Assembly: GCA_008690995.1 (NCBI GenBank)
Contig: VRMN01000003.1
Coordinates: 1-64,000, forward strand
Length of the DNA stretch: 64,000 nucleotides
Direction: 5' to 3'
Origin: Porphyridium purpureum
Taxonomy: Eukaryota
Under the pieces are notes generated by a model that ran no database searches, was not told where the DNA came from, and was given only the letters and a program-made list of their open reading frames with translations. The translations under genes were made by a program, and so were the position numbers. Every line of letters starts with the position of its first letter. The stretch's first letter is position 1. Shown one piece after another: positions 21,278-32,099 of this stretch.

Positions 21278-22084
21278 ATGGAGATTGATTCGGAGACGCT
21301 GGGACCACGTGGCCCGAAGGAGGCCCGTCTGATGAGGTTCGACGGGAAGAGGGACCTTCTGGTTGTGAAGACGTGGTTGTTCCAGGCGAGAAAGAAGATC
21401 TTGGGCCGGCTGTTGGAGAGCATCCACCCGGACGATTTGGAGAAACGTCTGCTTGCGGAGAGGCGTGCTGTGGACTTGGCATCAGACTACTTCGAGGGAG
21501 AGGCGCTTCATTGGTGGGTTCTAAACTGCGAACGCTACCCGCAGGAGATCCCCACGACGTGGAATGATTTTGCTGCCCTCGTCAGTGCTCGGTTCACGCC
21601 GCAGGATTCGATCAGGCGTGCAAGGGACAAGTTGACGCGTCTTTCGCAGAAAGGCCCGGCCCATGCGTATGTGGCGGCTTTTCAGGACGCGGCACTTGTG
21701 ATTCCGGACTTGTCGGACGCAGAAATGATGGACCGCTTTGTGAGGGGTCTGAAGCCCGAGGTCCGCTTGGAAGTGTACAAGCGAGGAGTGAGTACGTTCG
21801 CGGAGGCTGCGCAGGTGGCGGTGGTCGTGGATGACGCCATTCATGCGACTCGCGGCGTGCGTGATTCAAGTGTGAGGACGCCATTTTTCGGTCGCGCAGC
21901 GCAGGAAGGACCCGTCCCGATGGAGCTGGGACATGTGCAGGGTCAGAGGCGTGCTCGTACCGAGGTCATGTGCTGGAATTGTGGAAAGCTGGGACACATC
22001 GCCAGGAAGTGTCCCGAGGCAAGGAAGACTATCCAGCAGCTGGAAGGAGACTCGCCGGAGTCAAAAAACGAGGAGCTCGAGTAG
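21278..22084 (+). CDS. gag: Gypsy A1 Gag
   Basis: Capsid-like motifs (GEALHWW, LSQKG..AY...F, FVRGLK), PMEL, zinc knuckle CWNCGKLGHIARKC. Confidence 0.93.
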   Translation: MEIDSETLGPRGPKEARLMRFDGKRDLLVVKTWLFQARKKILGRLLESIHPDDLEKRLLAERRAVDLASDYFEGEALHWWVLNCERYPQEIPTTWNDFAALVSARFTPQDSIRRARDKLTRLSQKGPAHAYVAAFQDAALVIPDLSDAEMMDRFVRGLKPEVRLEVYKRGVSTFAEAAQVAVVVDDAIHATRGVRDSSVRTPFFGRAAQEGPVPMELGHVQGQRRARTEVMCWNCGKLGHIARKCPEARKTIQQLEGDSPESKNEELE

Positions 22085-25000
22085 AGAGGTTCCTCGGACA
22101 GTCAGAGGGAAAGGAGGCTCGCAGACGTTACGAGACCTCTAGGGGCGGCAATGAAGACCGCTGTGGTGGCCTTGGTAAGCCAAGGTCTGGCTGTCCGACA
22201 CCTTGTGGGCGAAACTCGAGCGCAAATCAGCCCGTGATCAAGGAACTTGGAGGAATGGGAGCTGCCATGCTTCTTCGAGTTCGAGGAAAAGTGCACAAGT
22301 CCGACGGAGAGGCCACGTTTTTGATCGACAGTGGCGCGACGGACAACTTTATGAGCGTGGACTTTGTGCTGAAATCCGACGGCCTGAAGCAGAAGGCGTC
22401 GTGGAAGAGAGATCATGTGACCCTGGCAGACGGGTCTGTATTGGAGACAGCCGGAGAAGTTTCCAATGTCAAGTTTACACTGAGCGATGGGTACTCAGGA
22501 ACCGCTAACTTTGCCATTTGCCGGATCGCGGGACAAGACGCAATTCTGGGCATGGAGTGGCTGAAGCGGGAGAACCCAGTGATTGATTGGCAGTCTGGCA
22601 TGTTGGCCTACGGAGAGAAGAGGGCCTGGAGCATGACGCAGATGCTGGTGCCGCGGAAAGAGCTCCGTCGGCTGTTGAAGAGTCAGGAGGTAGAAGAGTG
22701 CTACCTCGGCGTGCTGAAAGGAAGGGAAGAGCCCTGTTCAGTGGAGCGCAAAGAAGCTGACTCTGTGAAGAAGATGCTCAATGATTTCGAAAATCTGTTC
22801 GAGGAGCCGCGAGGGCTGCCTGAGAGCCGAACAGTGGAGCATGTGATTAGGCTGAAAGATGAAAAGCCTGTGAGAGTGGGCAGGGTCTACCGACTGAGCC
22901 CTGCGGAGTTGAAAGTCCTCCGAGAGACTTTGGATGACTTGCTGGACAAAGGATTCGTCCAGCCGAGTCAGAGCCCGTTTGGAGCACCCGTGCTGCTCGT
23001 GAAGAAGAAAGACGGCAGCATGAGGATGTGCGTCGATTATCGGGCGTTGAACGACGCAACTGTGAAGGACCGGTATCCGTTGCCAAACATGGATGAGTTG
23101 CTGGATCGACTGGGCGCAGCTCATTGTTTTTCAAAGTTGGATTTGGCATCGGGATACCACCAGTTGCGTGTTCGGAGAGAGGACGTGCCGAAGACCGCGT
23201 TCCAGACCAGGTACGGACAGTTCGAGTTCCGTGTGATGCCGTTTGGTCTTTGCAACGCGCCGGCAACATTTCAGAGGGCCATGAACGAGCTGTTTGCAGA
23301 TCTGCTGGACAAGACCGTCATTGTCTACTTGGACGATATTTTGGTCTTTACCAAGGATAGGCAGTCGCATGCTGAGGTCCTGAAGGAAGTGTTGTCGCGC
23401 TTGCAAAAGGCGGGGTATCGTTTGAAGCGCAAGAAGTGCAGCTTCTTCGTTTCTGAAGTCGAATACCTGGGGAACATTGTGGGAAACGGTTGCGTGAAGA
23501 TGGATCCACGGAAGGTGGAAGCTTTGAGAGATTGGCCAGTGCCAAAGACGGTGACAGAGTTGAGATCCTTTTTGGGAATGACAAACTGGTTTCGCAGGTT
23601 TGTCAAAGGATACTCTACCGTCGTGGCGCCGCTGACTTCGCTGTTGCAGAACGCAAAGTCGAAGAAGCAGCTGATCGAACTGGGAGATGAAGGCAAGTCG
23701 GCCTTCGAGAAGATTGTGGGGATGTTGACGGAAGCGCCGGTGTTGGCCTTGCCAGACCCTGAAAAGCCATTTGAGGCGTACACGGACCGCTCTGAAGTCG
23801 CGGTGGGGGGATGGCTGGCACAGGAAGGCAGACCGGTCGCGTTTACGTCAAGGAAGCTGCTGGACCGAGAGACCAGGTACAGCAGTTATGAAGGTGAGCT
23901 CATGGCCGTCATTCACTGTCTGCGAGAGTTTCGACCTTATCTATACGGAGCAAAGTTTGTGCTGCATACAGATCATGAGGCGTTGAAACATTTGATGACG
24001 CAGAAGGAGCTGAATGGCCGGCAAGCACGGTGGCTGGACTTTTTAGCCGAGTTTGATATCATAATCGACTATGTGAAGGGAAAGTCGAACGTGGTAGCCG
24101 ATGCTTTGTCGAGGAAGCCAGAGCTGCACGCGCTAGAGTACCAGGTTCGATGTGAGGAATTTGGTACGAGTTTCCAAGCATTCGTGGGTTCGTACTCGAG
24201 TGACCCAGACTTTGGTACTTTGATGGGTAACTTACCGACCCACCAGGGTTTTCGAACGGAAGCTGGGCTCTTGTATTTGAGGAATCGCGTTTGCGTGCCG
24301 AGGAAATTCAGAGAGCGTGTCATGCAGCTCCACCACGATATCCCGACAGCAGGGCACCGTGGAGCGGACACGACGTATGCATCTTTGATCACTCGCTTCT
24401 ACTGGCCAAAGATGAAGCGAGACGTGAGCCGTTTTGTGAAGACTTGTCATGCATGCCAAGTGACAAAGTCAGAGAATCGGTCGTTTGGAAAGCTGAAGCC
24501 CTTGTCGATCCCAGAAGGACCTTGGGTCGACATCTCGATGGACTTCGTGACGGAGCTGCCTCGGAGCGAAGGCAGCTGTGATGCAATCATGACTGTGGTG
24601 GATCGCTATTCGAAGATGGCGCTGTTTATCCCGACGCGCAAGGACTTGACAGCAAAGCGTTGCGCTGACTTGTTCGTGAAGCACGTCGTGAGCCGCTTCG
24701 GATACCCCAAGTCGATTGTATCGGACCGAGATCCGCTGTTTACGTCAACATTTTGGCAGCAGCTGAGCAAGCGGGTGGGCATGAAGTTGGCAATGTCTAC
24801 CGCCAACCACCCGCAGACAGATGGCCAAACTGAGCGAGTGAACCGCGTGATTCGGGAAATGCTCAAGTTAATGGCGACGAATAGTGGCTGGGTGCGAGAC
24901 TTGCCGTTGTACGAGTTTGCGTACAACTCTGCACCAAGCAGTGCCACTGGATTCGCGCCGTTCAAAGTGGTATATGGAAGGGATCCTTGGTTTCCACCGA

Positions 25001-25461
25001 GCGAAGGGTGGAGGCCTGCGCGCGACGGACAGACAAAGGACATGGCGGAGCACTGGTTTCGCCTGTGCAAAGTCCATGAAGAAGTCCGCGACAATTTGAT
25101 CGAAGCCCAGGGGAGAATGCAGAAGTTCTTCGATCGACGCAAGGATGCCCGGGAGTTTCAAGTTGGTGATCAAGTGTTGGTCACGGCGCCGCAACTGCGG
25201 CCGAACAAGAGTGATTTGGAGGCACCAAAGTTTCTTGGTCCGGTGCCTGTCATTGAGAAGGTAAGCTCGCATGCTTACCGAGTGGTTTTGCCTGAGGGTG
25301 TGGCTTGTCATGATGTTTTTCCGATCCAACATCTGAAGCCATACTATGGACGCGAAGACTACATGGCAGGGGAAAATGATGAAGAAGTACCCGACGAAAT
25401 GCCGGCGTCCGATTCTGAGCCAGACTTGATGAAAATTATCGAAGAGTCTGACTCTGAATGA
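22069..25461 (+). CDS. pol: Gypsy A1 Pol (PR-RT-RH-IN), in the -1 frame relative to gag
   Basis: LIDSGAT, YLDD, TDH, HHCC, DDE core, GPV motif; slippery A AAA AAC at 22063-22069. Confidence 0.95.
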   Translation, partial: RGARVERFLGQSEGKEARRRYETSRGGNEDRCGGLGKPRSGCPTPCGRNSSANQPVIKELGGMGAAMLLRVRGKVHKSDGEATFLIDSGATDNFMSVDFVLKSDGLKQKASWKRDHVTLADGSVLETAGEVSNVKFTLSDGYSGTANFAICRIAGQDAILGMEWLKRENPVIDWQSGMLAYGEKRAWSMTQMLVPRKELRRLLKSQEVEECYLGVLKGREEPCSVERKEADSVKKMLNDFENLFEEPRGLPESRTVEHVIRLKDEKPVRVGRVYRLSPAELKVLRETLDDLLDKGFVQPSQSPFGAPVLLVKKKDGSMRMCVDYRALNDATVKDRYPLPNMDELLDRLGAAHCFSKLDLASGYHQLRVRREDVPKTAFQTRYGQFEFRVMPFGLCNAPATFQRAMNELFADLLDKTVIVYLDDILVFTKDRQSHAEVLKEVLSRLQKAGYRLKRKKCSFFVSEVEYLGNIVGNGCVKMDPRKVEALRDWPVPKTVTELRSFLGMTNWFRRFVKGYSTVVAPLTSLLQNAKSKKQLIELGDEGKSAFEKIVGMLTEAPVLALPDPEKPFEAYTDRSEVAVGGWLAQEGRPVAFTSRKLLDRETRYSSYEGELMAVIHCLREFRPYLYGAKFVLHTDHEALKHLMTQKELNGRQARWLDFLAEFDIIIDYVKGKSNVVADALSRKPELHALEYQVRCEEFGTSFQAFVGSYSSDPDFGTLMGNLPTHQGFRTEAGLLYLRNRVCVPRKFRERVMQLHHDIPTAGHRGADTTYASLITRFYWPKMKRDVSRFVKTCHACQVTKSENRSFGKLKPLSIPEGPWVDISMDFVTELPRSEGSCDAIMTVVDRYSKMALFIPTRKDLTAKRCADLFVKHVVSRFGYPKSIVSDRDPLFTSTFWQQLSKRVGMKLAMSTANHPQTDGQTERVNRVIREMLKLMATNSGWVRDLPLYEFAYNSAPSSATGFAPFKVVYGRDPWFPPSEGWRPARDGQTKDMAEHWFRLCKVHEEVRDNLIEAQGRMQKFFDRRKDAREFQVGDQVLVTAPQLRPNKSDLEAPKFLGPVPVIEKVSSHAYRVVLPEGVACHDVFPIQHLKPYYGREDYMAGENDEEVPDEMPASDSEPDLMKIIEESDSE

Positions 25462-25881
25462 CTTGGGTATTGTGAGAAGTTTGCTAGGCAGAGGTTTTCT
25501 CCCGGAGCGCGGGTTCCTCGAGCCAAGAATGCAACTTAGTTTGAAGTCTCGCCGAGACGTCGAGCCAAGAGGGGGGGAGATGTTATCCGTTCGACCCCAG
25601 TCACCTAGAACGGTTCGGTTAATCCGAAACCGGTAAGCCGTTAAACCGGTAGACCGTTTAACCGTTTCTAGAAGCTTCTAGAGGTTCCAGAACCTTCTAG
25701 ACGCGCGCAGAAATGCCAATGGTTTGCATTGTCATTTCTCTTGGCGCCTTGCTGTCCCTGGCGGAAGTAAGGGTATAAAAAGGCGACGCGCCTGCCCGGA
25801 CTAGCCGGTCAGGTCTTGCTCGGAGAGAGAAGAGGTAAGAAGAAGACGCAGAGAGTAAAAAAAGGCACAGCATTGGTAACA

Positions 25882-26641
25882 TTCCACGTGTGGAAATCGT
25901 CTTTCTTATCTCTTGTGAGCCTTTCGGTCGATCCCACTTCGTACAGGTCAGTACCTGCCGGCGTGCGCGCCCGTCCACTTGCACCAAACTCGCTCAGCAT
26001 GGTGCCGATGTATCCATTCATGCTAACCAGCACAGTGGCTGTACTTCTGTCAAATGCAAAGCGCATACCCAGGTACTCGACAGTATCCCCCTGCTCTCTC
26101 TGCAGTCCTGGGTACCTGCGCTCGATTTCATCCAACACAATTTTCACCTCGCGCGCGGACGGAGCGAACACGATTATGTCGTCAACGTGTATTGCGAGCG
26201 ATACATTGCCGCGTCTGAATACGCACTCGTCGAATCGATTCTGCGAAAAGCGCAGTTCTTGCAACATCTTTTTTACCGTCAGGAACCACTGGCGCGCGGC
26301 CATGATTGTTCCGTACAGCGCCTTTTTCAAAACGCACACCAAGCCGCCATCGGAGCGCACGTAACGAAGATACTTGTCGTCTAGGCCACATAACACCCTC
26401 GTCAGGTACCTGTCCAACCTCACGTGTACCTTTGGACCATCAGGAGGCATTAGTGCATTCAAGAACGCACCGGGAAAGTCAGCCTTACCCACAGCGTACT
26501 TTGCGTTGGCTGCTATTGCTGCGAGCAATAACAGACTATCTGTGGCAACAGTCGGTGACGACTTCTTCGGGTACACTGCTGGATCCTGGTGATTGCCTCC
26601 CGCTACAACTCTGGCTTTGATTTTCTGGATCGATCCATCTG
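25882..26641 (-). pseudogene. pol: Copia pol fragment: RT core
   Basis: KIKARVVAGG, DFPGAFLNA, LKKALYG, DECVF, HVDD, YLGM. Confidence 0.93.
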
Positions 26642-29600
26642 TGTTATCCGTTCGACCCCAGTCACCTAGAACGGTTCGGTTAATCCGAAACCGGTAAGCC
26701 GTTAAACCGGTAGACCGTTTAACCGTTTCTAGAAGCTTCTAGAGGTTCCAGAAACTTCTAGACGCGCGCAGAAATGCCAATGATTTGCATTGTCATTTCT
26801 CTTGGCGCCTTGCTGTCCCTGGCGGAAGTAAGGGTATAAAAAGGCGACGCGCCTGCCCGGACTAGCCGGTCAGGTCTTGCTCGGAGACAGAAGAGGTAAG
26901 AAGAAGCAGAGTAAAAGGCACAGCATTGGTAACATTTGGTATCATCGCTGGTTACCTGGGGTTGCTCTAAGGTTCTCTTAGAGTTTCTCCGGGGTTGCCT
27001 GGGTGGGAGAGTCTGCGGGTAAGGGGGTTCGAGTAAGTCGATCCGGAGGGTGCGACGGGTGGAAGCGGGTCTCAGTCTTGGCTGTACAATAGGCCTAGGC
27101 CTTGACGGCGGACTCGCTCTCTGCCTTAGCACGTATTAGTAGGCAAGAGCCGTAACGGTCAGCCTTCACTAGGATTCATCCTAGTGTCGCACGACCACCT
27201 TTGCGAAGGTAGGCGCCGAACACTTCCATACAAGATCGCATCTATAATCCCCGCCCCAGTGCAAAGGCCCGGGCCGCTCCCCATCCAGCGCAACAGAGGA
27301 GGATTGCTGTGTGCTTTCTTGTGTGTGCGTGAGCGGATTGCTGTACGTGTGTGTGAGTGAGAGGACTGCTTCGTGTGTCGGTTTGTGTTCGTGAGGGCAA
27401 TCGAAGCCCGTTCGTGTTGCGCGCAGCTGTTCGAGAGTGTGAGCAGCGGAGACTCGCGGTTTGTGTCGTTGTCGTCGTTGAGTGTGCTTGTTTCCAGAAA
27501 GCATGGAGATTGATTCGGAGACGCTGGGACCACGTGGCCCGAAGGAGGCCCGTCTGATGAGGTTCGACGGGAAGAGGGACCTTCTGGTTGTGAAGACGTG
27601 GTTGTTCCAGGCGAGAAAGAAGATCTTGGGCCGGCTGTTGGAGAGCATCCACCCGGACGATTTGGAGAAACGTCTGCTTGCGGAGAGGCGTGCTGTGGAC
27701 CTGGCATCAGACTATTTCGAGGGAGAGGCGCTTCATTGGTGGGTTCTAAACTGCGAACGCTACCCGCAGGAGATCCCCACGACGTGGAATGATTTTGCTG
27801 CCCTCGTGAGTGCTCGGTTCACGCCGCAGGATTCGATCAGGCGTGCAAGGGACAAGTTGACGCGTCTTTCGCAGAAAGGCCCGGCCCATGCGTATGTGGC
27901 GGCTTTTCAGGACGCGGCACTTGTGATTCCGGACTTGTCGGACGCAGAAATGATGGACCGCTTTGTGAGGGGTCTGAAGCCCGAGGTCCGCCTGGAAGTT
28001 TACAAGCGAGGAGTGAGTACGTTTGCGGAGGCTGCGCAGGTGGCGGTGGTCGTGGACGACGCCATTCATGCGACCCGCGGCGTGCGTGATTCAAGTGTGA
28101 GGACGCCATTTTTCGGTCGTGCAGCGCAGGAAGGACCTGTCCCGATGGAGCTGGGACATGTGCAGGGTCAGAGGCGTGTTCGTACCGAGCTCAAATGCTG
28201 GAATTGTGGAAGGCCGGGGCACATCGCCAGGAAGTGTCCCGAGGCAAGGAAGACTATGCAGCAGCTGGAGGGAGACTCGCTGGAGTCAAAAAAACGAGGA
28301 GCTCGAGTAGAGAGGTTCCTCGGACAGTCAGAGGGAAAGGAGGCTCGCAGACGTTACGAGACCTCTAGGGGCGGCAATGGAGACCGCTGTGGTGGCCTTG
28401 GTAAGCCAAGGTCTGGCTGTCCGACGCCTTGTGGGCGAAACTCGAGCGCAAATCAGCCCGTGATCAAGGAACTTGGAGGAATGGGAGCTGCCATGCTTCT
28501 TCGAGTTCGAGGAAAAGTGCACAAGTCCGACGGAGAGGCCACGTTTTTGATTGACAGTGGCGCGACGGACAACTTTATGAGCGTGGACTTTGTGCAGAAA
28601 TCCGACGGCCTGAAGCGGAAGGCGTCGTGGAAGAGAGATCATGTGACCCTGGCAGACGGGTCTGTATTGGAGACAGCCGGAGAAGTCTCCAATGTCAAGT
28701 TTGAACTGAGCGATGGGTACTCAGGGGCCGCTAACTTTGCCATTTGCCGGATTGCGGGACAAGACGCAATCTTGGGCATGGAGTGGCTGAAGCGGGAGAA
28801 CCCAGTGATTGATTGGCAGTCTGGCATGTTGGCCTACGGAGAGAAGAAGGCCTGGAGCATGACGCAGATGCTGGTGCCACGGAAAGAGCTCCGTCGGCTG
28901 TTGAAGAGTCAAGAGGTAGAAGAGTGCTACCTCGGCGTGCTGAAAGGAAGGGAGGAGCCCTGTTCAGTGGAGCGCAAAGAAGCTGACTCTGTGAGAAAGA
29001 TGCTCAAGGATTTCGAAAATCTGTTCGAGGAGCCACGTGGGCTGCCTGAGAGCCGAACAGTGGAGCATGTGATTAGACTGAAAGATGAAAAGCCTGTGAG
29101 AGTGGGCAGGGTCTACCGACTGAGCCCTGCGGAGTTGAAAGTCCTCCGAGAGACTTTGGATGATTTGCTGGACAAAGGATTCGTCCAGCCGAGTCAGAGC
29201 CCGTTTGGAGCACCCGTGCTGTTCGTGAAGAAGAAAGACGGCAGCATGAGGATGTGTGTCGATTATCGGGCGTTGAACGACGCAACTGTGAAGGACCGGT
29301 ATCCGTTGCCAAACATGGATGAGTTGCTGGATCGACTGGGAGCAGCTCACTGTTTCTCAAAATTGGACTTGGCATCGGGATACCACCAGTTGCGTGTTCG
29401 GGGAGAGGACGTGCCGAAGACCGCGTTCCAGACCAGGTACGGACAGTTCGAGTTCCGTGTGATGCCGTTTGGTCTTTGCAACGCGCCGGCAACTTTTCAG
29501 AGGGCCATGAACGAGCTGTTTGCAGATCTGCTGGACAAGACCGTCATTGTCTACTTGGACGATATTTTGGTCTTTACCAAGGATAGGCAGTCGCATGCTG

Positions 29601-32099
29601 AGGTCCTGAAGGAAGTGTTGTCGCGCTTGCAAAAGGCGGGGTATCGTTTGAAGCGCAAGAAGTGCAGCTTCTTCGTTTCTGAAGTCGAATACCTGGGGAA
29701 CATTGTCGGCAACGGTTGCGTGAAGATGGATCCACGGAAGGTGGAAGCTTTGAGAGATTGGCCAGTGCCAAAGACGGTGACGGAGTTGAGATCCTTTTTG
29801 GGAATGACAAACTGGTTTCGCAGGTTTGTCAAAGGATACTCTACCGTCGTGGCGCCGCTGACTTCGCTGTTGCAGAACGCAAAGTCGAAGAAGCAGCTGA
29901 TCGAGCTGGGAGATGAAGGCAAGACGGCCTTCGAGAATATTGTGGGGATGTTGACGGAAGCGCCGGTGTTGGCCTTGCCAGACCCTGAAAAGCCATTTGA
30001 GGTGTACACGGACCGCTCTGAAGTCGCGGTGGGGGGATGGCTGGCACAGGAAGGCAGACCGGTCGCGTTTACGTCGAGGAAGCTGCTGGACCGAGAGACC
30101 AGGTACAGCAGCTATGAAGGTGAGCTCATGGCTGTCATCCACTGTCTGCGAGAGTTTCGACCTTATCTGTACGGGGCAAAGTTTGTGCTGCATACAGATC
30201 ATGAGGCGTTGAAACATTTGATGACGCAGAAGGAGCTGAATGGCCGGCAAGCACGGTGGCTGGACTTTTTAGCCGAGTTTGATATCACAATCGACTATGT
30301 GAAGGGAAAGTCGAACGTGGTAGCCGATGCTTTGTCGAGAAAGCCAGAGTTGCATGCGCTAGAGTACCAAGTTCGGTGTGATGAATTTGGTGCGGGTTTC
30401 CAGGCATTCGTGGGTTCGTACTCGAGTGACCCAGACTTTGGTGCTTTGATGGGGAATTTACCGACCCACCAGGGTTTTCGAACCGAAGCTGGGCTCTTGT
30501 ACTTGAGGAATCGCGTTTGCGTGCCGAGGAAGTTCAGAGAGCGTGTCATGCAACTCCACCACGATATCCCGACAGCAGGGCACCGTGGAGCGGACACGAC
30601 GTATGCGTCTTTGATAACTCGCTTTTACTGGCCAAAGATGAAGCGAGACGTGAGCCGTTTTGTGAAGACTTGTCATGCATGCCAAGTGACAAAGTCTGAG
30701 AATCGGTCGTTTGGAAAGCTGAAGCCCTTGTCGATCCCAGAAGGACCTTGGGTCGACATTTCGATGGACTTTGTGACAGAGCTGCCTCGGAGCGAAGGCA
30801 GCTGTGATGCAATCATGACTGTGGTGGATCGCTATTCAAAGATGGCGCTGTTTATCCCGACGCGCAAGGACTTGACAGCAAAGCGTTGTGCTGACTTGTT
30901 CGTGAAGCACGTCGTGAGCCGTTTCGGATACCCCAAGTCAATTGTATCGGACCGAGATCCGCTGTTTACGTCAACGTTTTGGCAGCAGCTGAGCAAGCGG
31001 GTGGGCATGAAGTTGGCTATGTCTACCGCCAACCACCCGCAGACAGATGGCCAAACTGAGCGAGTGAACCGCGTGATTCGGGAAATGCTCAAGTTGATGG
31101 CGACGAATACTGGCTGGGTGCAAGACTTGCCGTTGTACGAGTTTGCGTACAACTCTGCACCAAGCAGTGCCACTGGATTCGCGCCGTTCAAAGTGGTGTA
31201 TGGAAGGGATCCTTGGTTTCCACCGAGCGAAGGGTGGAGGCCTGCGCGCGACGGACAGACGAAGGGCATGGCGGAGCACTGGTTTCGCCTGTGCAAAGTC
31301 CATGAAGAAGTCCGCGATAATTTGATCGAAGCCCAGGGGAGAATGCAGAAGTTCTTCGATCGACGCAAGGATGCCCGGGAGTTTCAAGTTGGTGATCAAG
31401 TGTTGATCACGGCGCCGCAATTGCGGCCGAACAAGAGTGATTTGGCGGCACAAAAGTTTCTTGGTCCGGTGCCTGTCATTGAGAAGGTAAGCTCGCATGC
31501 TTACCGAGTGATTTTGCCCGAGGGTGTGGCTTGTCATGATGTTTTTCCGATCCAGCATCTGAAGCCATACTATGGACGCGAAGACTACATGGCAGGGGAA
31601 AATGATGAAGAAGTACCCGACGACCTGCCAGCGTCCGATTCTGAGCCAGACTTGTTGAAAATTATCGAAGAGTCTGACTCTGAATGACTTGGGAATTGTG
31701 AGAAGTTTGCTAGGCAGAGGTTTTCTCCCGGAGCGCGGGTTCCTCGAGCCAAGAATGCAACTTAGTTTGAAGTCTCGCCGAGACGTCGAGCCAAGAGGGG
31801 GGGAGATGTTATCCGTTCGACCCCAGTCACCTAGAACGGTTCGGTTAATCCGAAACCGGTAAGCCGTTAAACCGGTAGACCGTTTAACCGTTTCTAGAAG
31901 CTTCTAGAGGTTCCAGAAACTTCTAGACGCGCGCAGAAATGCCAATGATTTGCATTGTCATTTCTCTTGGCGCCTTGCTGTCCCTGGCGGAAGTAAGGGT
32001 ATAAAAAGGCGACGCGCCTGCCCGGACTAGCCGGTCAGGTCTTGCTCGGAGACAGAAGAGGTAAGAAGAAGCAGAGTAAAAGGCACAGCATTGGTAACA
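26642..32099 (+). mobile_element. Ty3/Gypsy LTR retrotransposon, family A copy 2, full length
   Basis: 293-bp LTRs 26642-26934 and 31807-32099, identical by eye; perfect TSD ATCTG; PBS 26937-26948; PPT 31793-31806. Confidence 0.97.
27503..31687 (+). CDS. gag-pol: Gypsy A2 Gag-Pol as a single ORF
   Basis: Near-identical to A1, but A7C at 28288-28295 puts gag and pol in one frame. Confidence 0.93.
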   Translation: MEIDSETLGPRGPKEARLMRFDGKRDLLVVKTWLFQARKKILGRLLESIHPDDLEKRLLAERRAVDLASDYFEGEALHWWVLNCERYPQEIPTTWNDFAALVSARFTPQDSIRRARDKLTRLSQKGPAHAYVAAFQDAALVIPDLSDAEMMDRFVRGLKPEVRLEVYKRGVSTFAEAAQVAVVVDDAIHATRGVRDSSVRTPFFGRAAQEGPVPMELGHVQGQRRVRTELKCWNCGRPGHIARKCPEARKTMQQLEGDSLESKKRGARVERFLGQSEGKEARRRYETSRGGNGDRCGGLGKPRSGCPTPCGRNSSANQPVIKELGGMGAAMLLRVRGKVHKSDGEATFLIDSGATDNFMSVDFVQKSDGLKRKASWKRDHVTLADGSVLETAGEVSNVKFELSDGYSGAANFAICRIAGQDAILGMEWLKRENPVIDWQSGMLAYGEKKAWSMTQMLVPRKELRRLLKSQEVEECYLGVLKGREEPCSVERKEADSVRKMLKDFENLFEEPRGLPESRTVEHVIRLKDEKPVRVGRVYRLSPAELKVLRETLDDLLDKGFVQPSQSPFGAPVLFVKKKDGSMRMCVDYRALNDATVKDRYPLPNMDELLDRLGAAHCFSKLDLASGYHQLRVRGEDVPKTAFQTRYGQFEFRVMPFGLCNAPATFQRAMNELFADLLDKTVIVYLDDILVFTKDRQSHAEVLKEVLSRLQKAGYRLKRKKCSFFVSEVEYLGNIVGNGCVKMDPRKVEALRDWPVPKTVTELRSFLGMTNWFRRFVKGYSTVVAPLTSLLQNAKSKKQLIELGDEGKTAFENIVGMLTEAPVLALPDPEKPFEVYTDRSEVAVGGWLAQEGRPVAFTSRKLLDRETRYSSYEGELMAVIHCLREFRPYLYGAKFVLHTDHEALKHLMTQKELNGRQARWLDFLAEFDITIDYVKGKSNVVADALSRKPELHALEYQVRCDEFGAGFQAFVGSYSSDPDFGALMGNLPTHQGFRTEAGLLYLRNRVCVPRKFRERVMQLHHDIPTAGHRGADTTYASLITRFYWPKMKRDVSRFVKTCHACQVTKSENRSFGKLKPLSIPEGPWVDISMDFVTELPRSEGSCDAIMTVVDRYSKMALFIPTRKDLTAKRCADLFVKHVVSRFGYPKSIVSDRDPLFTSTFWQQLSKRVGMKLAMSTANHPQTDGQTERVNRVIREMLKLMATNTGWVQDLPLYEFAYNSAPSSATGFAPFKVVYGRDPWFPPSEGWRPARDGQTKGMAEHWFRLCKVHEEVRDNLIEAQGRMQKFFDRRKDAREFQVGDQVLITAPQLRPNKSDLAAQKFLGPVPVIEKVSSHAYRVILPEGVACHDVFPIQHLKPYYGREDYMAGENDEEVPDDLPASDSEPDLLKIIEESDSE

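Larger units (their letters stand above)
20409..25881 (+). mobile_element. Ty3/Gypsy LTR retrotransposon, family A copy 1, full length
   Basis: 301-bp LTRs 20409-20709 and 25581-25881, identical by eye; PBS TGGTATCATCGC 20712-20723; PPT 25567-25580; TSD GTCCA/TTCCA (4 of 5 match). Confidence 0.97.

Noticed and set aside
23782..23793. RNase H motif TDRS in place of TDAS in family A
   Set aside because: The catalytic Asp is retained and both copies share the change, so it is probably a tolerated family variant.
20934..31558. Many antisense ORFs of 100-300 aa within the Gypsy A copies
   Set aside because: Shadow ORFs of GC-rich coding DNA with no recognisable motifs. They recur only because the two copies are near-identical.
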